Source: Emiliania huxleyi CCMP1516
Lineage: Eukaryota
DNA: 64,000 nt
Reading direction: 5' to 3'
NCBI RefSeq assembly: GCF_000372725.1
Contig: NW_005201154.1
Span: forward strand, 118,843 to 182,842
Both the position numbers and the translations under genes were made by a program. Below are positions 24,011 through 35,374 of the stretch, in pieces; within the stretch, counting starts at the first letter, position 1, and each line of letters opens with the position of its first letter. The notes below the pieces were generated by a model. That model had not been told where the DNA came from and made no database searches. It saw only the letters and a list, made by a program, of their open reading frames with translations.

Positions 24011-25434
24011 AACGAGGGCGCGCGGCCGTGCCCGGGGCTGCCACCAGGAACACCATGGCGGGTGTGCCGCCTCCCGCCGTTGGGCCGAGGACAGCGCCAT
24101 TGCCGCCGAGCCGGGGTGTCCTAGCTTGTTTTTCCCGAGTTCTTTTGAAGTACCTGGCGCTAGTGATGAATAAAACGTACCCCTAGCTAGCTTCCGCTCA
24201 AAAAAGAATTTTACCCCCCGAACGGTGCACGCCCCCGGGCCACTGCTGTGAGTGCCCCAGAGTCCCACCCGCCACAGCCTTACCTGCTGGTCCACGCACT
24301 CCCGGGCTCACGGAGGGGCGATGGCGGCGTCGCCGCACGCGTGAGGGCGGCGCGAGAGCGCTGTCGTTGGGGCCGTAGGTGATGAGCGCGCTCCGCGTGG
24401 CGACGACTTGCCTACGAGGCTGACGGCGTACAGAAAGGTACTCCCCTGAGCGGCGCCGCCGGGTAGTCGTGAAGTCACAGCCCTGCACCTCGGCCGGCGG
24501 CTAGTGCGAGCGCGAGTGGTGCTACGTCGACCGGCGGCTCTACACGGGCGCGAGTGGTGCTGCACCCGGCTGGTGGGCTAACCGGTGGGCAGTGCCCTCG
24601 CCGCCGCCACCCTCGCCTCCCTCGCCGCCACCACCCTCGCCTCCGCCGCCCTCGCCACCCCCACTTGCCGCCGCCTCCGAACTCTCCTCTGCCGCATAGT
24701 CCACCGCCACCCTCAAGGCCGCCGCCGCCGTCTCCGCCGCCCAGACCTCCACCTCAAAGCCCGCCGTTACCCTTGGCGCGACAGCCCTCTCCGCCGCTCA
24801 GCTCACCTCCGCCCCCAGCCCTACTCCACCCTCGCCGCGACAGCCATCTCCGCCGCCACACAGCCCGCCGCCGCCCTGGCTGCCGCCAGCCGCGCCGCCG
24901 TCGCCCTCGCCGCCGCCCTCGCCGCCTCCACACCCGCCACCACCTCAGAGTCCTCTGCCGCCCTTGCCGCCCCCGGCGAGCACACCGCCACCCAGCCACC
25001 TTCACCGAGTCTGCGGCCGCCGCCGCCGCCGCCGCCGCCGCCGCCTCCTTTGCCACCGCCGTCTCCGCCGCCGTCTCGCCGCCACAGCTTCCACCGCCCC
25101 CCGCTCCCCTTCGGTGGTTAGGGTCGACGCCGGTGGTAGTTCCCCACTCCCGCGATGCCGTGGATGTAGTATCTATTTTCTGCACGGCCTCTTACTTAAG
25201 TCCTCGGGTTCCACATGCAACCTTCTAGGCTATTGCCTTCGAGTCCTTAGGAAGCGACCTATTTCTCTCCCTGGGATTTTCGGATCCAATAGTATACCCC
25301 TCTCCCCGGGACTGCCTCTTTTTTGAATTTCTCANNNNNNNNNNNNNNNNNNNNNNNNNNNNNNNNNNNNNNNNNNNNNNNNNNNNNNNNNNNNNNNNNN
25401 NNNNNNNNNNNNNNNNNNNNNNNNNNNNNNNNNN

Positions 25435-26178
25435 AAGCTGAACGTGTCGTACAAGCCGCAGAAGATCGCGCCCTCCTTCGACGGCACGGTGCGCGAGCTG
25501 CTGCACAAGAAGATCCGCGAGGCCTTCATCCACCCGCAGTTCAACACGGACGTGATGAAGCCGATGCTCATCGAGCGGTTGCTCGACCAGGAGGTGGGTG
25601 GAGCCGCCGCCCCCCCCCCCCCCCCACCCCCTCCGCGGGTGGAGAGCTGTGAAGGTCGGCCCCTTCTGAGTCCCCTCCTCACACCGAGTGGCGCGTCACG
25701 GACAGGTCAAGTACCTCTCGGGCGGGGAGCTGCAGCGCGTCGCGCTCGTGCTCGCGCTCGGCGCGCCGAGAGTCGCCGAGAGTCGCCGAGAGTCGCCGAG
25801 AGTCGCCGAGAGTCGCCGAGAGTCGCCGAGAGTCGCCCCGTGCCCGCGCTCGGCACTGCCTCCTCCCCTCCCCGGCACTGCCTCCTCTACCTCTTCTGCA
25901 GTGGCGAGTTGCTGGCTGGTGTGGCCAGGGAAGCCCGTGTGCAATGCCCCGTGTGTGGTGTGTCCCGCGAGTGCGGTGTGCCCCGTCGTCCGTGCCAGGA
26001 CCGTGTGTCCCAGCGACTGACTGGTGTGTGCAGGGAAGCCCGCCGACCTGCACCTGATCTCCCCGTATCTCCCCCACACCTCCCCGCATCTCCCCTGCAG
26101 GGAAGCCCGCCGACCTGTACCTGATCGACGAGCCGTCCGCCTACCTCGACTCAGAGCAGCGCATCTCCGCCTCAAAGG
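25435..26178 (+). CDS. ABCE1: ABCE1/RLI1 internal fragment on a small contig between two gaps
   Basis: [65 protein letters not shown]. Confidence 0.9.
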
Positions 26179-26637
26179 TGTGCAGAGTGGACCCGTGGGT
26201 TCGGGTACTGTGGGGGTAGGGAGGGGGGGTTCGGGTACCGTGGGGTGGGGGAGGGTGGGTTCGGGTACCGTGGGGGTAGGGGAGGGTGGGCTCGGGGACC
26301 GTGGGGGTAGGGGAGGGTGGGTTTGGGTANNNNNNNNNNNNNNNNNNNNNNNNNNNNNNNNNNNNNNNNNNNNNNNNNNNNNNNNNNNNNNNNNNNNNNN
26401 NNNNNNNNNNNNNNNNNNNNNNNNNNNNNNNNNNNNNNNNNNNNNNNNNNNNNNNNNNNNNNNNNNNNNNNNNNNNNNNNNNNNNNNNNNNNNNNNNNNN
26501 NNNNNNNNNNNNNNNNNNNNNNNNNNNNNNNNNNNNNNNNNNNNNNNNNNNNNNNNNNNNNNNNNNNNNNNNNNNNNNNNNNNNNNNNNNNNNNNNNNNN
26601 NNNNNNNNNNNNNNNNNNNNNNNNNNNNNNNNNNNNN

Positions 26638-26795
26638 CGCGACTGGCCCGAGGAAAGCAGAGCAACACGGCAGCGCATCGCCTACCGCGCGCTGCTTGCC
26701 GTCGCGCTGTCGCACCCGGCGATGGAGGGGATCACCTTTGGGGCTTCACCGACAAGTACTCCTGGATCCACTACCGGTGCCGCCCCTCTGCTGTC
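26638..26795 (+). pseudogene. Second near-identical copy of the GH10 fragment exon, with a 1-bp frameshift
   Basis: Matches about 23520-23680; ACCTTTGGGG versus ACCTTTTGGGG. Confidence 0.7.
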
Positions 26796-27723
26796 GCCTC
26801 CACCGCTGGCCTCGGCAACACTGTCGGCGCCCCCGACTCTCTCCGCAGCCGTTGCCGCCGCCGCCATCACCGCCACCCCCGAGCCCGCCTCCTCCAACAC
26901 CTCCACCGCCCTCGGCGAGCCACCGTCCGCACCGCCACCAGCGCAGCCAACACCCACAGCGCCGCCAGCGCAGCCCGCGGCGCCGACGGCTCGGCCGCCG
27001 CCGCCGCCACCCGCTCGATTGCCACTGAGCCCACCGCCACGTGGATGTACATCAAGGGCAAGGAGGAGCTCGTGCTGCTGCTCCGCATCCACGGGCTGCC
27101 TCGAACGGGGGAGCCGCAGGCCCCGTTGCGGATCGAGCGCGGACATGTGGCGGCAGCACAGAGCCGACCCGCAGTTGTGCGGCGACGTTGAGGCGGCGGT
27201 CCACCGGGTGACCACTGCTGGCACGGGCCCCTTCCGGACGCCGGAGATGATGTGGGCCAAGTTTGGCCTGGGCCGTACCCCTTTGGTGCCCCGTGAGGTG
27301 GCGCAACGCCCCTCCGGCTGTGCCCACTGCACTCGGTCGCACTCGCGTGCCCTCCCCGAGTGCTGCCTCTGCGGTTGTGATGCCACCACTGCTGCTGCCA
27401 ATCCCACTTCGTGCCGTCTGTACAGGACGTTGGTGAGGGGGGGGGAGGGGGGGAGCACAGCAAGAGGCCGGCTATAGGCAGTAGACGCGCTGTCCTCGGT
27501 TGTTCTTCCATTTTAGTTGCTCCCCGTCCCGAACCGTCACGCCAGCGCATGTCCGCGGCCAGCGAAACATGGACTACGAATCCACAAACACACAGGCTAC
27601 GAGCACGGTGCGTACGCGGCTGCAATACCGGCTGAATACAAGGAGGTGCGGGCGTTTTTCTTTATGCCACCCCGCCCTCTTGCCGCCCTCTAGCCTCTAG
27701 CCGCGCTAGCGCCCTCCAGCACC

Positions 27724-28770
27724 ATGCAGCAGATGTGCCTGGACTTCTCGATCTCCCTGCCGCCGCGCCCCGAGGCCATGGATGAGGACCAGGTGTGCCC
27801 AGCCCACCCGCCCCGCCAACGTCTGGCCTGCCGGTTACCCGTCGACGCCTCCTGCGGTCTGCGCGTCTGCGCCCTGACCGCCCGCGCTCGCCCCCCCCAC
27901 AGGGGCACATGCTGTTTCAGTCGCCAACCGACGGCCACCCACTGGTTGCGTCTGGGAGCTCCTCGCGCGACCTTGGGCAGCTCGTCGTGGACGACGGCGA
28001 GGCCTCCGTCCTCGGGGCAGACTTCTTCCCTCGCGCCGCACCTTCCTCTTCAACGGAGCGGCGCTTCGCTCACCGGATTTAGGTCTTCGACATCATCAAC
28101 GAGTACATGGGGCCGGATTCGGAGCTGGTGCGCGAGCTCCTCTCCATCGAGAGCCGGCGCGTCTTTGCGGACCTTGTGAAGGAGGCCGAGAGCGTCGACA
28201 TGCCGCTGCAGCGCTTCATGGGTTCAGACGAGACCACGCTCGGCTGGTGGCAAGGACGGAGCACTTCCCCCTCTTGGATTCATCAAGCATCCTCTTTGGG
28301 ATCGCGTGCGTCGCCGACAAGTTCCGCGCCAACCAGCGGCAGACCTACATGCACCTGACGTCGCAATCGATGCCCGCGCACGTCGACCGGCCCTCCCAGC
28401 AGCTCGACAACGACGACATGGTGCAGGTGCTCTTCAGGCTGTACGTGGGCGGCGATGCCAAGTCTGTAGGCACCCTCTTTGGCCCACACCCCAACGGCCA
28501 GTATGACTACGAGCGGGCATCAAAGGACGTGGGCAAGTTTGCCGTCGACCGCTTCGCCGAGTGCCAGCTCGTCATCACAGGACCGCTGCAGGTGCTGGTT
28601 GGCCCGGTGACGGACTTCACCGCACGTGGCCAGCAGCACCACGGGATGATGCACCTCGCCTCGGAGCCCTACCTCCCTGCCGGCCGCGTGCTCTGCTTCG
28701 ACGACATGTCGCAGCTCCAGAGCTTTGCGAAGGAGCAAGAGTGCAGCCTCCCTGAGTCCATCCTGCTCGA
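27724..28770 (+). CDS. Hypothetical multi-exon gene or pseudogene; frame change near 28255; runs into a gap
   Basis: Coding-like segments VFDIINEYMGPDSELVRELL... and ILFGIACVADKFRANQRQTYMHL...GRVLCFDD. No family recognised. Confidence 0.4.
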
Positions 28771-28987
28771 NNNNNNNNNNNNNNNNNNNNNNNNNNNNNN
28801 NNNNNNNNNNNNNNNNNNNNNNNNNNNNNNNNNNNNNNNNNNNNNNNNNNNNNNNNNNNNNNNNNNNNNNGTGTGTTGCCTCAATGTTCTTTTAATGCGC
28901 GCCCCCGCCGAAATACACTGCAAATACACCATACACGCGAGATGCGTCGGCAGCGACGCGCACGACCTCTTAAGAAGCACCGTGTCG

Positions 28988-29205
28988 TTAGGATTAGGGT
29001 TAGGGTTAGAATTAGGGTTAGGGTTAGGGTTAGGGTCAGAGAGCGTTCAAGCCGTTGTGCAGCTCCTAAGAGAATGGTCCGGTTTGGGCCGAAACCAAAT
29101 GGAGGAATCAGCGGTCCATCGACACGAGCTCTCGGTGAATGCTTTGGGTTCTTCGGGCTAGGGTTAGGGTTAGGGTTAGGGTTAGGGTTAGGATTAGGGT
29201 AAGGG
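28988..29205 (+). repeat. Two short interstitial telomeric (TTAGGG)n tracts separated by about 120 bp of unique sequence
   Basis: TTAGGG units with TTAGGA/TTAGAA variants at about 28988-29035 and 29158-29205. Confidence 0.9.
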
Positions 29206-29295
29206 GTTGGTTGTCGTCGCGCGCTCTCGATATCTGGCTAGACAGAGACACAGCAGCAGAGGCGACCCAAGCGACACATCAGAGCATGGATGCTT

Positions 29296-29814
29296 GGGGG
29301 CGCGAGCCGCCATCTTGGACTGTGAGGCGAGTATTTGCAACCGGGAGCTCGCCGCCGCCCCTACACCGCCGCCGCCGCCCTCCCGGTGGCAAATAATAGC
29401 CCAAGTCGAAGAGTGCGCCCCGCCCTCGGTATCTGGGCGGCAGGCGGGACTAGAGTGGCACGCTGGTGCACGGATGGGGGCGCGAGCCGCCATCTTGGAC
29501 TGTGAGGCGAGTATTTGCAACCGGGAGCTCGCCGCCGCCCCTACACCGCCGCCGCCGCCCTCCCGGTGGCAAATAATAGAGCCCAAGTCGAAGAGTGCGC
29601 CCCGCCCTCGGTATCTGGGCGGCAGGCGGGACTAGAGTAGCACACTGGTGCGCGGATGGGGGCGCGAGCCGCCATCTTGGACTGTGAGGCGAGTATTTGC
29701 AACCGGGAGCTCGCCGCCGCCCCTACACCGCCGCCGCCGCCCTCCCGGTGGCAAATAATAGCCCAAGTCGAAGAGTGCGCCCCGCCCTCGGTATCTGGGC
29801 GGCAGGCGGGACTA
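29296..29814. repeat. Tandem array of about 2.9 copies of a 180-182-bp unit, each a long imperfect hairpin
   Basis: Units start at 29296, 29476 and 29658 and are almost identical. Confidence 0.95.
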
Positions 29815-30334
29815 AAAAAAAATATTCTTAGCTTCAAGCCCCCCTCCGAGACTAGAGACAGAACCACACCAGTATCGGACCAGAGGGACTGCCCCCCGCC
29901 CCCACTTGCCCTGACTGCACAGGCCGGGTGTGTTCGATTGTAAAAAATCGGCCATAGGGCGCCCAGGGGCCGCCCCCGGCCGCCCGCGCGCACAAAAAAA
30001 TACTCCTCCGCCCCGGACGCCCTCAGAAAACAACATACTAGCCCCACAAGCGTCACGAGTTTACGAGAGTACTCAAAATAAATTCCTGGAGTGCCCGGCC
30101 GCGCCGGCAGCAGGCCGCCGTACGCGTGCGGAAAACGAGCCGCCGCCGTCGATCGCTCTCGAAGAGCGTGGCGCAGCTGCCCATTCCCGGTGACCATAGC
30201 ACGAGTTGAGTCGCCAGGGCCTCACCTGAAGGGGGGCCCTCACCTGAAGGGGGGCGGGGCAGGGGCGAGGGGATGAGGACGAAACCAAGCGTCCGGGGCC
30301 CTGCCGGAAGGTGGTGGGCGAGGCGTGGACGCAC

Positions 30335-31483
30335 CTAAAATACGAGCAAGTAGCGGCGACGGCGAGGGGGAGGCGACGGCGAGGCGGATGGAGGCGGTGG
30401 CGGCGGCGAGGCGGAGGATGGCGGCGGCGAGGACGAGGTTGACGGCGGCGGCGGAGACGGCGAGGACGACGGCGGCAGCGGTGAGGGCGAGGCCGACGGC
30501 GGCGGTGGCGGGGGTGAGACGGAGGGCGGCGGCAGCAACGGCGAGACGGACGGCGGCGGTGGCGAGGGGGGGGCGGACGGCGGAGGCGGTGACGGCGACT
30601 CGGACAGCGGCGGCGGCGGTGGCGACGCGGAGGGAGGCGGCGGCGACGCGGAGGGAGGTGGCGNNNNNNNNNNNNNNNNNNNNNNNNNNNNNNNNNNNNN
30701 NNNNNNNNNNNNNNNNNNNNNNNNNNNNNNNNNNNNNNNNNNNNNNNNNNNNNNNNNNNNNNNNNNNNNNNNNNNNNNNNNNNNNNNNNNNNNNNNNNNN
30801 NNNNNNNNNNNNNNNNNNNNNNNNNNNNNNNNNNNNNNNNNNNNNNNNNNNNNNNNNNNNNNNNNNNNNNNNNNNNNNNNNNNNNNNNNNNNNNNNNNNN
30901 NNNNNNNNNNNNNNNNNNNNNNNNNNNNNNNNNNNNNNNNNNNNNNNNNNNNNNNNNNNNNNNNNNNNNNNNNNNNNNNNNNNNNNNNNNNNNNNNNNNN
31001 NNNNNNNNNNNNNGAGGGAGGCGGAGCGAAATTGGAGGTCGACCGCGGCGGCAGTGGCGGCGAGGCGGGCGGGAGGTTGCGGCGGGGGCGAGGCGGAGGG
31101 CGGCGGCAGCGGCGGCGAACGGAAGGGCGGCAGTGGCGAGGGTGGCGGGCGGCGGCGTCGGCGTCGGCGAGTCGGAGGGCGGCGGCGGTGACGGCGGGCG
31201 GCGATGGCGAGTCGGAGGGCGGCGGTGGCACCGGCGAGGCGGAGGGCCACGGCGGCGAGGGCGAGGCGGAGGGAGGCGGCGGCGAGGGCGAGGCCGACAG
31301 GGGCGGCGGCGAGGCGAGACGGACGGCGGCAGCGGTGACGGCGAGGCCGACGGCGGCGGCGGCTGAGGGAAGCGGCGGCGAGGGCGAGGCGGAGGGAGGC
31401 GGAGGCGAGGGCGAGGCGGAGGGGGGCGGAGGCGAGGGCGAGGCGGAGGGAGGCGGCGGAGAGGGCGAGGCGGAGCCGCTCAT
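30335..31483 (-). repeat. Low-complexity tract that would encode extensin-like (SASPSPPPP)n; spans a gap; coding status uncertain
   Basis: 27-bp periodic GC-rich repeats; ORF MSGSASPSPPPP... Confidence 0.5.
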
Positions 31484-34005
31484 GGCGGCGGCGGCGGCGG
31501 CGGGGCGGAGGGCGGCGGTGGTGGGGATGTTGACACGGAGCAGCGCCGTAAACTCGTCGTGACGTCACCTATTGAGCCACCTGACAGTTGCGAAGTCGTC
31601 TAAACCGTAGTTGCGTGCTCGTGGCGCTTGCCACGCGACCTAAAGACGGCGCTATTTGTCCTCCGACCATTGCCTAACGCCGGAGGAGTGGCAAGCGGTG
31701 AGGACGGGGCCGTGGCGCGGGAGGCGGATGTGCGAGGGGCGCCACAGACGCCTCAGCGGGCGCGCCCGGGCGCATCAAGACCGCCGCCGCGGGGCGCGCG
31801 GCGATGGGCGTGCTGGGCGCGCTGGGCGCGCTTCCGGCCGACGTGGACGTCTCCGTGGGGTCGGTGCTGCCGGAAGCACGCGCGCTCAAGGGCCGCCTAG
31901 AGAGCTCAACTCTCAATGCCTCTCTGAGGCCACCCTGGGCGGAGCGCACGCCACTCATCGCCCCAGCGGTCCTGTATATCGCTGGAGGGATGCGGAGTGA
32001 GCTCTCGAGGGCGCGAAGGGGGGGAAAGGAGGTGGAACGGGGCCGGTTGGGATGGTGCAGCGGCGGCTGCCGCGGCAGCGTGGGAGAGGCCCGCGTGGGA
32101 GAGGCCCTTACGGGTCGTATATCCCGCTTCAACGGCGAAAGAGATCTCTTCCGCCGCCTCCCGGGCCGTCTTGAAGGGCCGTGCAGCACCACGCACCGAG
32201 GCGCTGCTGGCGGGAGCCAAGAAGGACTCGTAAAGGCATCAGAGTGCCATCTGAAGCGGGCGGCACTGGTGGGGCTAGAGGGGCTGACTGAGCGCCGGTG
32301 GGGTGGCTGAAGCTTGCCTGGCACGGGTTCTCGCGGCGCGTCCGTGTACCACGCGTCCAGGGCGCTGTTCCCACACCGCTCTGAGCGACAAGGGTGTGCG
32401 TGGCGCGGTGGAGGAGCGTGAGATGATCTATAGCGAGCCTCTCGCACGTCCTGTGAGCGGCAGAACCGGCCATCCCGCACGACGAGGGCGACGCGTGAAG
32501 GTGCGCACGCCATAAGGCAGCTGCGGGCCAGCACGTTGCATGGGATGATAGCGGCTGAGGCAACCTGAGGATCGACGCGCCGCCGACAATGCTCCTGAGG
32601 CCGCAAACGGCCAGGAGCGCGTCAGCTTCGGAAAAGTGGAACCACGCGATGACGAGCGGGGATGGAGTGGCAGTTTTTGCGCAGCGGCGCCGCCAGGCGC
32701 CCGCCCCGGCGGTGAGCGACGCGTAGCGAGCGAACCGCCGGGGCGGGCGCCTGGCGGCTCCGCGGAGCACCTTTGGCTCGGCGGGCGGGGGTGCGAGTAA
32801 AAAGAAATTTCCCGTAGTTTGGCCCTACCCAGGCCTGCGCTCGGCGAAGGCCGCGAAAGAGCGAACCCGCGAAATCGCTGCTGCGTCGGGATGCGGGCAC
32901 CTCGCGAGAAGCCGTTCAAGCCCGGCCATCCTCACCCCCCCAAGCAGCTGCGGCCGCAATTTCAGCCGGTCTCGTGACCGCCCCGACCCGGCAGGTGCGC
33001 GTTTGAGCGAGATCGTCGTGCAGCGCACCGAGAAGGGGCCGGTCGCGCGCAGCGCCACGCCGCAGGCGTCCGCCGGAGGCCCGCCGGAGGCTGTACGCGG
33101 CGGCCACTTCCCCTCGGTCTTTCGCCGCGCTCCGGCCGCACCTTGGCTCCTGGCCGTCTCCTCCGAGCGGCTTTGCGCGCCCCCAGCGCGCTGTCGAGGC
33201 TGGCAAAGGGGAAGACGCGTGCAGCGCCGCGCAGGCGCTCCGCCGATCAGCGCCCGGCCGCAGCGCGCAGCGCAAGGCTGGGCGCTGGCCGGCGGATACC
33301 CCGTAGGGCCGCCGGAGGCTCTTTGGGCCGACACAGTCATGCCGCCTTTTTCCCGCAGGGCTCATCTCCGGCCCGCGGACAACAGCGCGCTCTCGCCGGC
33401 GCGCTCTCGGCCATACGCGAGCAGGCCCCCCTCGCTCACGACCCCCCTTGCAATCACACGCAGGTGAAGCTCGGCCGGCGGGCATGGGAGGGGCGAAGCA
33501 GTGGGCGTGCCACAGCGATGCAGGGGCTGGCTGTGGGCCTCCGGGCTCCGTCGGGCTCGCGTCTCCTCGGCCATCACGTGCCTACTTTGCGCCGCAGCGT
33601 GTCTGTCCGGCCCCTGTTCGTCCTCACCCCTCTCCTTCTCGTGGCCCGACGCTCATCACACATCTCGGCATCGCCGACCCCCCAGCCCCCTGCCGCCGCC
33701 GCCGCCGTCCCTGTCGCCCCCGCTTCCATCCACTTGCTTTACTGCCGACTCCAAGCGGGAGGCAACAAAAGCACGCAGGCAGAACCCTGAGAACGTCGCC
33801 ATCGTGTAGCAGGCAGGCCTGGCTAGCCGCGTGTTGGGGAGTAGTGTTTGTGTGTGTGGTGTACTATCTCTCCACTCAGTGTACATGTATAGTGAGTGAG
33901 CAGCGCACGATAAAAACCACAGAAAAAGCCCTGGCCGCCCTCCCCCTACTGTTTAAAGAAAAGCCACACGAAGAAAGTCCAACCGGCTCGTGCACCTCTT
34001 ACGGG

Positions 34006-35012
34006 ATGCACGACGACACCGATCAAAACGGAGCCAGGCTGCGTCCGACGGTGCCGACGCCGGACCATGTCGACCGCATGGTCCGGCCGGGCGTCCGTAG
34101 CATCGTGAGATATCTGGGCGATCGTCTGGGCGGGAGCCAGGCGATTGCAGTTTGGCGCGCTCTGGAAAAGGAGAGCGCGAACCATTCTTCCCTGGGCCGG
34201 CAGCTTCTGCAGGTGCTCGGAAAGCGGCTGCGAGGCAGCCCTGCCGAGGCGCAAGCGAGGCTAATGGACTATGCCCGAGCGCTCATCGACCCACAATTTT
34301 CAGGGTTGCGCGCCGTTGCGGAGCGCCTTCACGCCTCTGACAAGTCTACGGCGCGAGCATTGTGCGCCGCCATGACACCTCACGCACGTGTCCACACCTC
34401 GCCCTTTCACACCTGCCACCCACGCACAGGGAAGAAAGGGCCGCCAAGCTGGACACGGAATATGTCGAACTGCTCCTTCTCGACCTCCTCGACACGGCAT
34501 TGGCGGCGGCAGTAGCAAAGGACGGGCCGTTCAAGCTCCCAGGCGAGAGGCCGGTGGCTTTGTGTGCCATATGCCTCGGGACGCACTCGAACAGTGCGGC
34601 TCCCCGGCCGAGTGGCTCAGGGAGCGCTCCGACGTGTACCACACCCGCAAAGGGCTCACTCGCGCCGGTCGGCTCGCGGCTCGAGGCTCGCGGCTTTCAC
34701 GGTCCGGCCGGCACAGGGACGTCATCTGCTCCCACCGGGGCACCCAACGCTAACTCTCCCACCACCTGTGCTGTCGACAACAAGGCAGCCACCTCTTCCT
34801 CCAATGTCGCCTCTGCCTCGGAGGACCCCGAAGCCGCCGCCGCGCCAGAGCGGGCTATGTGTGAGTGGGTGCAGATGCGCTGTTGTGAGCAGTGGGTGTG
34901 CGAGCCATGCTTTCGCCGCTGGAGGTGTGCTGGGTGTGCGGCATGCCTGTACTGCCACAGTGCAGGCCAGGGCTTCACCCTGGCGAGGGTTCCGGGCCAC
35001 GTCGTGAGATGA
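34006..35012 (+). CDS. Two-exon protein with a C-terminal RING-finger-like domain
   Basis: A GT-AG intron at about 34305-34429 joins ...DPQFSG to EERAAKLDTEY. CAIC...QMRCCEQWVCEPCFRRW...CLYC. Confidence 0.6.
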
Positions 35013-35374
35013 ATATTTTATGGCGGCCCTTGGTTTCTTTTCACTGGTGTTTTCTCCCTTGTCTCTCTCCATCAGCAACCAGAAGAGTAGCCGCCACCGA
35101 ATCGCTACTCGTGTCGTGCTGCTACAAACTCTTCTCGTGCTGTCGTGCAATTTCGGGCCCGGGGTACTGCCTGAGGGTTGTGCTTTTGCGGAGAGAGAGA
35201 GAGATTTTTGAAAACCAACTCTTCTCTCCTGCTTTTGTGTGCATGAGACTTGAGAGTGATGAGAGATGAGTCGCACAATTTAAAGAGACAAACAAATCTC
35301 CCCCCCCCCCCCCCCCCCCCTTTGTTTCTCTCTCTCTATCTCTCTGGGGCATGCTCCCTTATGGGGACTTACCA

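Noticed and set aside
24554..25228. Pro-rich ORFs
   Set aside because: (CCG)n low-complexity sequence that reads open in several frames; may belong to the GH10 fragment but cannot be shown.
27040..27300. SAP-like motif KEELVLLLRIHGLPRTG
   Set aside because: Short, frameshifted and no gene model; too weak.
31628..33800. Possible retroelement or gene remnants
   Set aside because: No RT, integrase, recombinase or Rep motifs seen in any supplied frame.
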